From positions 13,268,001-13,332,000 of the forward strand of contig CATNEN010000003.1 in NCBI GenBank assembly GCA_950097015.1: DNA of 64,000 nt, read 5' to 3'. Below are positions 50,696-60,714 of this stretch, in pieces (the stretch's first letter is position 1; each line of letters opens with the position of its first letter). Under the pieces are notes generated by a model. The model saw nothing but the letters and a program-made list of their open reading frames with translations. It was not told where the DNA came from and searched no databases. Source of the stretch: Macrostomum hystrix. Its lineage: Eukaryota > Animalia > Platyhelminthes. The translations under genes and the position numbers were made by a program.

Positions 50696-50756
50696 ATGGA
50701 GAGAGTGATAAAAAATGGATCATTGAATTGCATAGTTACGCAAAATCTTTTTCTAA
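50696..50756 (+). CDS. Candidate first exon of BCAR3/NSP-like gene (MERVIKNGSLNCIVTQNLFL)
   Basis: ATG plus strong phase-1 donor A|GTAAGC matching the acceptor at 51931. Confidence 0.4.
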
Positions 50757-50814
50757 GTAAGCTTTTACTTGACTGTATTATAAATTATTTATTTCCTTTC
50801 CAATAGTAGCTCTG

Positions 50815-51315
50815 ATCGGCCAACTCTCTCACCCCTCTCACTCACCATTCTACTCCTTCCTCTCTTTTGATTGGCCAACTCTCTCACCCCTCTCACTCAC
50901 CATTCTACTCCTTCCTCTCTTTTGATTGGCCAACTCTCTCACCCCTCTCACTTACCATTCTACTCCTTCCTCTCTTTTGATTGGCCAACTCTCTAACCCC
51001 TCTCACTCACCATTCTACTCCTTCCTCTCTTTTGATTGGCCAACTCTCTCACCCCTCTCACTCACCATTCTACTCCTTCCTCTCTTTTGATTGGCCAACT
51101 CTCTCACCCCTCTCACTTACCATTCTACTCCTTCCTCTCTTTTGATTGGCCAACTCTCTAACCCCTCTCACTCACCATTCTACTCCTTCCTCTCTTTTGA
51201 TTGGCCAACTCTCTCACCCCTCTCACTCACCATTCTACTCCTTCCTCTCTTTTAATTGGCCAACTCTCTCACCCCTCTCACTCACCATTCTACTCCTTCC
51301 TCTCTTTTGATTGGC
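50815..51315. repeat. 55-bp unit array with TGATTGGCCAA core, about 9 copies
   Basis: Period 55 (50821 to 50876). Confidence 0.96.
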
Positions 51316-51335
51316 CCGCCTATCAACCACTATAG

Positions 51336-51665
51336 CAGGGGTCGACAAGCTTTTTAGCAAACGGGCCACGGAGAGAACCTAAAGGACGACAGCGGGCCGC
51401 ATTAACTGTAGGAATTTGAGACAGGGGATAGTTGAGACACAGGATAGATGAGACAGGGGAGAAATGAGAAACTGGATAGACGAGACTGAGAGAGATAGAT
51501 GAGACGGGAGAGATGAGAAAGGGAAGAGATGAGACATGGGATAGACGAGATAGGGGAGGGATGAGACAGAGATGAGAAGAGATAATATGGGAGCCACGGG
51601 AGTGATGAGACAGGGGAGAGATAAGACACAGGACAGATGAGATACGGGAGAGATGAGTCAAGGGA
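51336..51665 (-). mobile_element. Older truncated copy of the hAT MITE, inverted
   Basis: CAGGGGTCGACAAGCT...GAGAGAACCTAAAGGACGACAGCGGGCCGCATT is the reverse complement of the MITE right arm; other TIR missing. Confidence 0.8.
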
Positions 51666-51930
51666 GCAGTAGCTGGGTTAATTTAGGGTGGGTGTGGCGT
51701 CCCCACAGTCCATGGACTGAACTATATCTGCAGTTTTGCTTTCGGCAGCACATCTGACCCAATCGGGACTGGTGTAGTTAAATACTAATAATAAAAATTT
51801 TAATTATCGTTAGTAGTACGACTAGTACTTTAAGTAGTCCGCATAGTTTATTATAAAAATTTTAATTATCGTTAGTAGTACGACTAGTACTTTAAGTAGT
51901 CCGCATAGTTTATTATAAAATATTTTCCAG

Positions 51931-52307
51931 ATTATTCCAATCCGCGCGCCTGGCTCTCCGAACCGATGCTGCGCGCGGAGAGTTTCATCGATGTCTGCGA
52001 TTCGGCTTCGTCGAAATCGGCAGACAATGAGCCGTCTAGCATGGCTAGCCGATTACCTGCGCGTAGGGTGCCGTTTGTTAGAATGGTCAGTCGCAGCTGC
52101 GAAGATGTGACCATTGATAGCGGCGTCAATGTCGGAGGAAACACCGCAATTTCGTCAGCATCCGCTACCACTGCTGCTGCTGCTTCTGCTGCTGCTGCTG
52201 CTGCTGCTACGACTTCAACGGCCGTAGATGCCGATGAACGCAAACGGCGAATCGCTCGGGGACTGCGTCGGCATCCGTCTGTTCCCAAGGCAACATCCGG
52301 GCCGAGG
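51931..52307 (+). CDS. BCAR3/NSP-like gene exon (Ser/Ala-rich)
   Basis: TTTTCCAG| acceptor, open frame, phase-0 donor AGG|GTAAAC. Confidence 0.7.
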
Positions 52308-52394
52308 GTAAACAATTGACAGCTTTGGTTTGACTGTTTAAAAAACAATCATTTCATAACACCTATTTAGGATCTCGAGCAGTATTATGAAATC

Positions 52395-53170
52395 TCACCG
52401 AAATCTTAGATGGTCTAACCAAAATCTTATCAAATCTCGTCAAGATCTCATCAAGATCTCACCAAGATCTCACCAAATCTCACCAAGATCTCGCCAAATC
52501 TCATTAAGATCCAATCAAATCTCACCAAATCTCATTAAGATCCAATCAAATCTCATCAAATCTTACCAAGATCTCACCAAATCTCTTTAAGATCTCATCA
52601 AATCTCACCAAATCTCACCATGATCTTATCAAATCTCGGCAAGATCTCACCAAATCTCACCAAGATCTCACCAAATCTCACCAAGATCTCACCAAATTTC
52701 ACCAATATCTCATCAAGATCTCATCAAGATCTCACCAAGATCTCACCAAATCTCACCAAGATCTCATCAAATCTCATCAAGATCTCATCAAATCTCATCC
52801 AGATCTCATCCAGATCTCACTAAAATCTAGCCAAATCTCACCAAGATCTCATCAAATCTCACCAAATCTCACCAAGATCTCACCAAGATCTCATCAAATC
52901 TCATCAAGATCTCACCAAGATCTAGCCAAATCTCACCAAGATCTCATCAAATCTCACCAATATCTCATCAAGATCTCATCAAGATCTCACCAAGATCTCG
53001 CCAAATCTCACTAATATCTCATCAAATCTCATTAAGATGCAATCAAATCTCATTAAATCTCATCAAATATCATCAAATCTCATCAAATCTCATCAAGATC
53101 TCATCAAATCTCATGAAATATAAGCAAGATCTCATCAAGATCTCACCAAGATCTCGTGAAATCTCACCCC
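52395..53170. repeat. 10/11-bp unit AAATCTCAYC / AAGATCTCAYC array
   Basis: Fills the intron up to about 35 bp before the acceptor. Confidence 0.94.
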
Positions 53171-53203
53171 AACCAACTCAAACCCGCACGGCCTATCTTG
53201 CAG

Positions 53204-53724
53204 GTGGTCATCACCAACGCGGCTCTCTACGAAGACGACGGTCGCGACTACACAGATCCGGCCCAGCTGAATGTACTTTACCCCGCTGAACGAGTCGACC
53301 CTGCCATGGCGCCCTACCTGGACATGTCCCGACCAGCAGAATCACTTCTACTCATGACCTCCTCAATGATGGCGTCTTCGGTTGGTCAAATCTACGGCGA
53401 TTTGCCGTCAGCACCTTCTGGAACCTCTTGGCAGCTGGCTAACCAATGGCAGTACGCCATGACTAGGCCAATGCTATTCCCTGAATTGCACAGCTTCCAA
53501 TTCCTTGACTGTCCTATAAAACCTCTAGACGACAATCTTATCGATTTAATTACCGATTTATTGGCTAATCAGACTGCTCAGGATTTAGCTGTGCACCTGT
53601 TCTACTACGATTATGTGTACCTGTTGGAGAACTACGACTGCCAAATATTGCCTGGACTGTATTGCCGATTGCAGACTATTGTGTTTGATGAGGCTGGCGA
53701 ATTAAAAAGATTTCTATTCTTCAG
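53204..53724 (+). CDS. BCAR3/NSP-like gene exon (start of Cdc25-homology domain)
   Basis: TTGCAG| acceptor; KPLDDNLIDLITDLL...LAVHL; phase-2 donor AG|GTGGGT. Confidence 0.8.
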
Positions 53725-53764
53725 GTGGGTAAAAAATTGCCTATCTGCGTCTATTCATCGGATA

Positions 53765-54200
53765 TGAATGTCTTTTCATAGAATTCTGGTGTCTTTTCAT
53801 AGGATATGGGTGTCTTTTTATAGGATATGGGTGTCTTTTTATAGGATATGGGTGTCTTTTTATAGGATATGGGTGTCTTTTTATAGAATATGGGTGTCTT
53901 TTTATAGGATATGGGTGTCTTTTTATAGGATGTGGGTGTCTTTTTATAGGATATGGGTGTCTTTTTATAGGATATGGGTGTCTTTTTATAGGATGTGGGT
54001 GTCTTTTTATAGGATATGGGTGTCTTTTCATAGGATATGGGTGTCTTTTTATAGGATATGGGTGTCTTTTTATAGGATATGGGTGTCTTTTCATAGGGTA
54101 TGGGTGTCTTTTCATAGGATATGGGTGTCTTTTCATAGGGTATGGGTGTCTTTTCATAGGGTATGGGTGTCTTTTCATAGGGTATGGGTGTCTTTCTCAT
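53765..54200. repeat. 21-bp unit TTTTTATAGGATATGGGTGTC array
   Basis: Starts about 40 bp after the donor. Confidence 0.96.
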
Positions 54201-54338
54201 GAATAATTTGTGTCGTTTTCTTGGAATGTGATTCATGTTTTTCGAACGTGTTAGTATTCTCTAATCATATAATTTGGCATGTGGAAATTAAAAGTTCTAC
54301 AATTATAAAAGAAAATATAATCGAAACTAATTTTCCAG

Positions 54339-54507
54339 GCACAACCTGTTGCGCTGTCTCGTTGCCCTAACAATTTTGTCACGTCGTACAACTAGAGAAC
54401 GCGTTAAACTGCTCGGCCTCTGGATTGAGGTGCTGTTCCTGTTGCGCAACGAATTCAAGGACCTTTTCGCTTATCGATCAGTTATGATGGCCTTGTTGTC
54501 TGATCAG
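54339..54507 (+). CDS. BCAR3/NSP-like gene exon (RHNLL...ERVKLLGLWIEV...DLFAYRSVMMALLSDQ)
   Basis: RasGEF/Cdc25 core pattern as in BCAR3/SH2D3C; TTTTCCAG| and CAG|GTTAGT. Confidence 0.85.
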
Positions 54508-54532
54508 GTTAGTGATCATACTCAATCAACAT

Positions 54533-55024
54533 GTGATTTCACTGAATCACTCACTCAATCCAACAGGTGATCTCACTGAATCACTCACTCAATCCAACAG
54601 GTGATCTCACTGAATCACTCACTCAATCCAACAGGTGATCTCACTGAATCACTCACTCAATCCAACAGGTGATCTCACTGAATCACTCACTCAATCCAAC
54701 AGGTGATCTCACTGAATCACTCACTCACTCACTCACTCAATCCAACAGGTGATCTCACTGAATCACTCACTCTATCCAACAGGTGATCTCACTGAATCAC
54801 TCACTCACTCACTCAATCCAACAGGTGATCTCACTGGATCACTCACTCACTCACTCACTCAAGGCAACAGGTGATCTCACTGAATCACTCACTCAATGCA
54901 ACAGGTGATCTCACTGAATCACTCACTCAATGCAACAGGTGATCTCACTGAATCACTCACTCAATCCAACAGGTTATCTCACTGAATCACTCACTCAATC
55001 CAACAGGTGATCTCACTGAATCAC
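54533..55024 (+). repeat. 34-bp unit GTGATCTCACTGAATCAC-TCACTCAATCCAACAG spanning the 3' splice site
   Basis: Unit = first 18 nt of the exon plus last 16 nt of the intron; 13 CAG|GT junctions. Confidence 0.96.
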
Positions 55025-55498
55025 ACGTGGCGCTTGTTGGAGTCGCGAGACAAGACATTGTTTGCAGTCTTCCAGAAGCAGATGCTCACGTTTCGCAGAT
55101 TTCGATGCGTGGTCGATACCAGCGATAAGCGAGTCATCTACGATCTAATTCCGCTAGTGAAGTTTCCAGCTCATCTGTACACATTCAGCTTTGAAGGCCA
55201 CGACAGACAAATCGAGGACACAACAATGGACGAGTTGGTGAACCTGGAACTAATGCTGCAGCGGTACAGTTTCGATGGAAACACGCTGCAGACGGTGATG
55301 GAACACTGTCGCACGCTAATGAAAATGCAGTCTCTGATACCAATGTTAAAGGAAATTTTCTCGTCCGAGACCCTGCTCAAACTGTTGATGGATCCGGCCA
55401 TGACTGAAGTGCCCACTGTTGAAAGGTTCTCGGAGCTCTGCCAGTCTCTTGAAGTGTCGCTGAGTTCGCTCGCCGCTCGCGCCGGCTTCGCGTCGTAA
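55007..55498 (+). CDS. BCAR3/NSP-like gene last exon (VISLNHTWRLL...)
   Basis: Q|VISLNHTW corresponds to the Cdc25-domain QITRLEKTW-type motif; stop at 55498. Confidence 0.85.
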   Translation: MISLNHTWRLLESRDKTLFAVFQKQMLTFRRFRCVVDTSDKRVIYDLIPLVKFPAHLYTFSFEGHDRQIEDTTMDELVNLELMLQRYSFDGNTLQTVMEHCRTLMKMQSLIPMLKEIFSSETLLKLLMDPAMTEVPTVERFSELCQSLEVSLSSLAARAGFAS

Positions 55499-55589
55499 TT
55501 TTGGCTGGCTTTAGAAAGTTTTTTATGAGTTTCAACCGTATAGCTAGCCATAGTTTTTTGCTGATAGTGCATTAAGTGCATGCTTTTAT

Positions 55590-56005
55590 GGTGTGACTCG
55601 CGGCGTGAGGTGGGTGTCAGTTTTAATGCGCGGCGTGAGGTGGATGTCTATTTGAATACGCGGCGTGAGGTGTGTGTTTATTTTAATATACGGCGTGAGG
55701 TCGGTGTCTAATGAACTTCGCGGCGTGAGGTGGGTGTCTAATGAAATTCGTGGCGTGAGGTGGTAGTCTATTGAAATTCGCGGCGTGAGGTGGGTGTCTA
55801 ATGGAATTCGTGGCGTGAGGTGGTAGTCTATTGAAATTCGTGGCGTGAGGTGGTAGTCTAATGAAATTCGTGGCGTGAGGTGGTAGTCTATTGAAATTCG
55901 CGGCGTGAGGTGAGTGTCTAAGGCAATTCGTGGCGTGAGGTGGTGTCTATTGAAATTCGCGGCGTGAGGTGGGTGTCTAATGAAATTCGCGGCGTGAGGT
56001 GTCAG
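55590..56005. repeat. 30-bp unit CGYGGCGTGAGGTGGGTGTCTAATGAAATT array
   Basis: Starts about 90 bp after the stop. Confidence 0.94.
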
Positions 56006-57004
56006 ATGGCGGTGTGACGGGGTGTCAGACTGGAGTGAGGTGGACGCTAGGTAGTTTTTTGACAAATGCAAGAATACTTCACTGCAATAATTGATAGCAG
56101 CTAAATTCATTAAATATTATGTATTTTTACAAATAGGTGTGTATTGACTTTCTGCAATAAAAATATTTTCTATAAGTGTGATATAATTTTGTTACTTCAG
56201 GTATTTACAGCTGAACTGAACTGCTGATTTATTTAGCAATCCTTTCCGTAGGCTTTTTTGATCATATCCCCTGAAGCATGTGATATTGAATTTGTGTATC
56301 TTTTCAATAGTAATAGTTCATAGTGATGCAATCCAAATGGTATACCTATGGCTTTGATTTTTCGTTCTACAAACATAATATTTTTGTCACATATTGTTTT
56401 ACTTTTATTGAAGCAATGACTTAAATTCTTGTCTGTGTTGTTTTTGTGATTGCTTGCGATATTTTTGTGAATTCTAGATACTAGTAATTTAATATTTAAT
56501 TTAATATGCTTATAGTCTACTATAAGTAGCTTTGCTTAGAGTAGCTTTTTTGTTCTAGACCCAATTATAAATGACTGGCAGTATTTAATTACACAGCTAT
56601 TCAAATGCGAGCTAGATTATACGAGAATCATTTGCAATAGAATCTATTTTTATTAAATACATTTCGAAGAATCTCTATTGATTTCTTATTGATGCTTTTC
56701 TATTTTACCACTTTCGGCAACTCAGAAGCGACTATTCGATTAAGCGCTAATAGACTTTGAATTGTTTTTTTATTTTAAGTTTTTTAATACTCGAAAGTAA
56801 AATAGGTCAGGGGTTCCATAGCTTCATTTGTTTATTGCAGAAAAAATATTGTCAGAAAATCCAATTTCTAGTATTAAAAGTTGTCTTGTAGAAGTAAAAT
56901 TTTGAATGAAAATATTAGGAGACCATTTTTCAGAAAACAAAACATTATTTAGAAACGTGCGTAGTTTGTGAAGCCACTACTTTGAACACGAAAGGGTAAA
57001 AACT

Positions 57005-57510
57005 GGGAGAGAAAAAGGTGAGAATTAGAGGTAGAAAAAGGTGAGAATTAGAGGTAGAAAAAAGTGAGAATTGGGAAGAGAAAAAAGGTGAGATTCGGAG
57101 GAACGAGAAAGAGTGAGTATCGGAGGACGAAGAGGGTGAGAATTGGTAAAGGAAGAGGGTAAGAATTGAGAGAGGAAGAGGGTAAGAATTGAGGGAGGAA
57201 GAGGGTAAGAATTGAGAGAGGAAGAGGGTAAGAATTGAGGGAGGAAGAGGGTGAGAATTGAGAGAGGAAAAGGGTGAGAATTGAGAGAGGAAGAATGCTA
57301 GAATTGAGGGAGGAAGAGGGTGAGAATTGGGGAGGAAGAGGGTGAGAATTGGGGAGGAAGAGGGTGAGAATTGGGGAGGAAGAGGGTGAGAATTGGGGGA
57401 GGGAGAGAGTGGGAATTGGGGGAGGAAGAGGGTGAGAATTGGGGGAGGGAGAGAGTGAGAATTAGGGACGAAAGAGAGTATTTATCGAGGCAGGAAGAGG
57501 GTGAGAAGTT
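57005..57510. repeat. About 21-bp purine-rich unit GAGAATTGGGGAGGAAGAGGGT array
   Basis: Ends about 70 bp from the stop of the minus-strand gene. Confidence 0.92.
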
Positions 57511-57579
57511 TTGCCATCGATAATTTTAGTTATTGTCATGAGATTAGTGTCATCGTTTATTTAGTCGATAACGGTAGCA

Positions 57580-57855
57580 TTAGTTCCAATCACAATGGGT
57601 CATGTACTGCCGACTTTTGCTACGAAATCTGACCACATCACTGTCTGTCATTGGCTCGCCGCTGACATTTGAAGCAGCGGCAGCCAGGCGAATTTCTGGC
57701 AGAATAGGATTGGCCAACTCCTTGGCTAGGACCTGTCTGGCGCTGTTCCAAGGTCGCTGGTGATACAGATCCGGCAGCGGCTGGCGCTTCTCCAACGGAT
57801 TCGAGTCTCGCACCTCCGCCGGATTGTTGACGTACCATGGAGAGTTGTGCTTCAC
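57580..57855 (-). CDS. Uncharacterised 217-aa protein, exon 4
   Basis: AAG|GTG acceptor, phase 0, open to stop. Confidence 0.75.
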   Translation of the reverse strand: MKHNSPWYVNNPAEVRDSNPLEKRQPLPDLYHQRPWNSARQVLAKELANPILPEIRLAAAASNVSGEPMTDSDVVRFRSKSRQYMTHCDWN

Positions 57856-57940
57856 CTTTGCGAGTTATTTTATTTCATTAGGCGTGTAAAAATTAGGTAC
57901 TTCCAAGAACCTCTTGTACGTAGTAGGGTCCCTAAGATCT

Positions 57941-58166
57941 TTCCGCGGCGAGGCCACATTCATTTGGGGCGCAGCCGCGGAGAGAAGGCTTGGTGGCTTG
58001 TCGTGCAATTTACGCCATTGAGGGCCAACCTACAAGGCGCAGTGAGAGTGTACACTGCCTGACGATGAGAATGTCAGGGCAGATGTACACACATGTGTGA
58101 GTTTGAGCTCAGGAGTCTAGTGTCATTGCCCGCAGCCCTCATGCAATTATTATTATTATTATTATT
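57941..58166 (+). mobile_element. tRNA-derived SINE, 5'-truncated, (ATT)7 tail
   Basis: Reverse complement of about 42600-42870. Confidence 0.88.
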
Positions 58167-58256
58167 GTTCGTACTGGTCCTTTGTAGCTCGTATTTGTAG
58201 TCAATAGGCTATCTAGATCGATACAGAACAACCTTATCGATGGCTTCGCTCTAGAA

Positions 58257-58609
58257 CAGGGGTCGGCAAACTCCGGCCCGCGGGCCAGATGCGGCCCTCG
58301 AAGCTCCCAAATCCGGCCCGTTGCCCATTCTGACATCTACAGTGTCCTGTTTCATCTCTCTCGTGTCTAATCTCTCCCGTGTCTCATCGCTCTCGTGTCT
58401 AATCTCTCCCGTGTCTCATCGCTCTCGTGTCTAATCTCTCCCGTGTCTAATCTATCCCGTGTCTAATCTCTCCCGTGTCTAATCTCTCCCGTGTCTAATC
58501 TCTCCCGTGTCTCATCTCTCCCCTATCTCATATTTATAGTCAATGCGGCCCGCTGTCGTCTTTTAGGTTCTCTCTTTGGCCCGCCAGCAAATAAGTTTGC
58601 CTACCCCTG
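58257..58609 (+). mobile_element. hAT-type MITE, second intact copy
   Basis: TIR CAGGGGTCGGCAAACT / AGTTTGCCTACCCCTG; perfect TSD CTCTAGAA (58249-58256, 58610-58617). Confidence 0.95.
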
Positions 58610-58657
58610 CTCTAGAAGGTATAGAGGCGGTATTTCAGTGTCTAACAATGGCCCAAC

Positions 58658-58906
58658 CTGATAGTTCGGATCCTCGTGCAGTCGTTTCACCCGGTCCTCG
58701 GCTTGCATATCTCGCAGCACCCTATTGCGCAACTGGGTCCGCTTGTTGGGATAAAACAACTCCCGAGCCCTGGGATGCTCCCAAAGCCAGGGTCGTCTAA
58801 TTAGACGCTCGTCTAGCGGCGCCTGTGGTGGCACGTAGGTGGCGCTGACGGCCTCAGACGTCCAGTCCGGATGGATGACGTAGAAGTCGCGAGGATTGCG
58901 ATTCGA
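58658..58906 (-). CDS. Uncharacterised protein, exon 3 (SNRNPRDFYVIHPDWTSE...HEDPNYQ)
   Basis: CTTTTCTTCCCATTCGCCCAG| acceptor, CAG|GTTGGG donor, 83 open codons. Confidence 0.78.
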
Positions 58907-58949
58907 CTGGGCGAATGGGAAGAAAAGAGGAAGAATTAGTGAGGATATG

Positions 58950-59715
58950 GATTCGAAATGGGAAGAGGGATTGAAAAGAAAATGGGAAGAAAGTTGGAGA
59001 AGGAAATGGGAAGAGAGATTTGATGGGAAATGGGAAGAGGGATTGAAAAGAAAATGGGAAGAAAGTTGGAGAAGGAAATGGGAAGAGAGATTTGATGGGA
59101 AATGGGAAGAGAGATTTGATGGGAAATGGGAAGAGAGATTTGATGGGAAATGGGAAGAGAGATTTGATGGGAAATGGGAAGAGAGATTTGATGGGAAATG
59201 GGAAGAGAGATTTGATGGGAAATGGGAAGAGAGATTTGATGAAAAATGGGAAGAGAGATTTGATGGGAAATGGGAAGAGAGATTTGATGGGAAATGGGAA
59301 GAGAGATTTGATGGGAAATGGGAAGAGGGATTATATAGGAAATGGGAAGAGAGATTCTATAGGAAATTGGAAGAGAGATTTGATGGGAAATGGGAAGAGA
59401 GATTTGTTGGGAAATGGGAAGAGAGATTTGATGGGAAATGGGAAGAGAGATTCTATAGGAAATGGGAAGAGAGATTTGATAGGAAATGGGAAGAGAGATT
59501 CTATAGGAAATGGGAAGAGAGATTTGGTAGGAAATGGGAAGAGAGATTTGATGGGAAATGGGAAGAGAGATTTGATAGGAAATGGGAAGAGAGATTTGAT
59601 GGGAAATGGGAAGAGAGATTTGATAGGAAATGGGAAGAGAGATTTGATAGGAAATGGAAAGAGAGATTTGATAGGAAATGGGAAGATAGATTTTGGGAAG
59701 AGGGATGGGAAATTG
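58950..59715. repeat. 24-bp unit AAATGGGAAGAGAGATTTGATGGG array
   Basis: Fills intron 2 of the minus-strand gene. Confidence 0.96.
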
Positions 59716-59770
59716 AATATTAAGCAGTACTTTTACCTGTACTTTAGTTACTATATACAGGTAAACTTAC

Positions 59771-59825
59771 AGAGAAAGGCGAAGCTGTATGCACGCCATC
59801 TCGCTTGTCGTTTCTCGGCCAGATA
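59771..59825 (-). CDS. Uncharacterised protein, exon 2 (IWPRNDKRDGVHTASPFS)
   Basis: TTTCATTGCAG| acceptor, TCT|GTAAGT donor, phases 2 and 0 fit the neighbours. Confidence 0.7.
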
Positions 59826-59908
59826 CTGCAATGAAATCGTGATGAAAAAAAACTGAAACAATGTAGATTGTTTCTAAAAAGAAACGGTAATATAATTTTT
59901 AAACTCAC

Positions 59909-59982
59909 ACTTCGCACGACTCAATGTACGGTCGAGTTGTTACATCATACTGGTAGTCAGTTACAGACCAGGTGGCGGCCAT
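59909..59982 (-). CDS. Uncharacterised protein, exon 1 (MAATWSVTDYQYDVTTRPYIESCEV)
   Basis: AACAACATGG start context, GT|GTGAGT phase-2 donor. Confidence 0.7.
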
Positions 59983-60529
59983 GTTGTTTTATAATTTAGG
60001 AAAGCTTCTTTTTTAAAGTTGATAGGCAAATAGGCAAGTGCCCGTATGTTCGTATGTACACAGTTTTTTGCTCTTTTTAAACTGAGCCACAGCAGCCTCG
60101 TTTTAAAATTATATTCATCGGAGAAGAAAGGGAAGAACAGTCTGAGAAGAGAGAAGGCCAGTTGAAGAGTCCCTTTTTTAATGAATTATTAATTACCCCT
60201 CTTCATCTCTGCAGAGTACTATAGACGCAAGTATTATCCATCCATAATATCTCGGCGATATCGACTTCACTTCACTTTGGAATTTTCCATCTGGGCAGAC
60301 AAGGCAGAGCAGACAGACGGTCAAATGTGAGGTGTGAGGGGTGAGGTAAAGGGTCAGGGGTGGATATTGGCAATGTACACTGGCCGGTGGGGGGAAGGAA
60401 TGTACACTCCTGAATGTACGCACAAAACCTCACCCCACAAATTTCAGCACCCGCACAAGTTGGATGGCGGGTTCGTCTCTTCGCTGACTCTCTTATTAAT
60501 TTCACTCCCGAATCTCTTTATTTACTCTG

Positions 60530-60544
60530 GTTGTCAATAGCAAC
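60530..60544. promoter_or_regulatory. RFX X-box-like motif GTTGTCAATAGCAAC
   Basis: Imperfect palindrome resembling GTTGCCATAGCAAC, about 170 bp upstream of the IFT27 ATG. Confidence 0.6.
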
Positions 60545-60714
60545 GAGTGTACAAACCTCCGCACCCACGCCCTACCCTCCTCTGCGACCCCAGGCTGTAA
60601 AGCCAACCTCAGCTCCAATTTTACATTCCAATCTTTTCCTGTGAATTCTTAACGAGTAATAATACTGTTCTTTTTATTTGACTATTGATTTGGCTGTTAA
60701 TCCAACTCGCCGCA

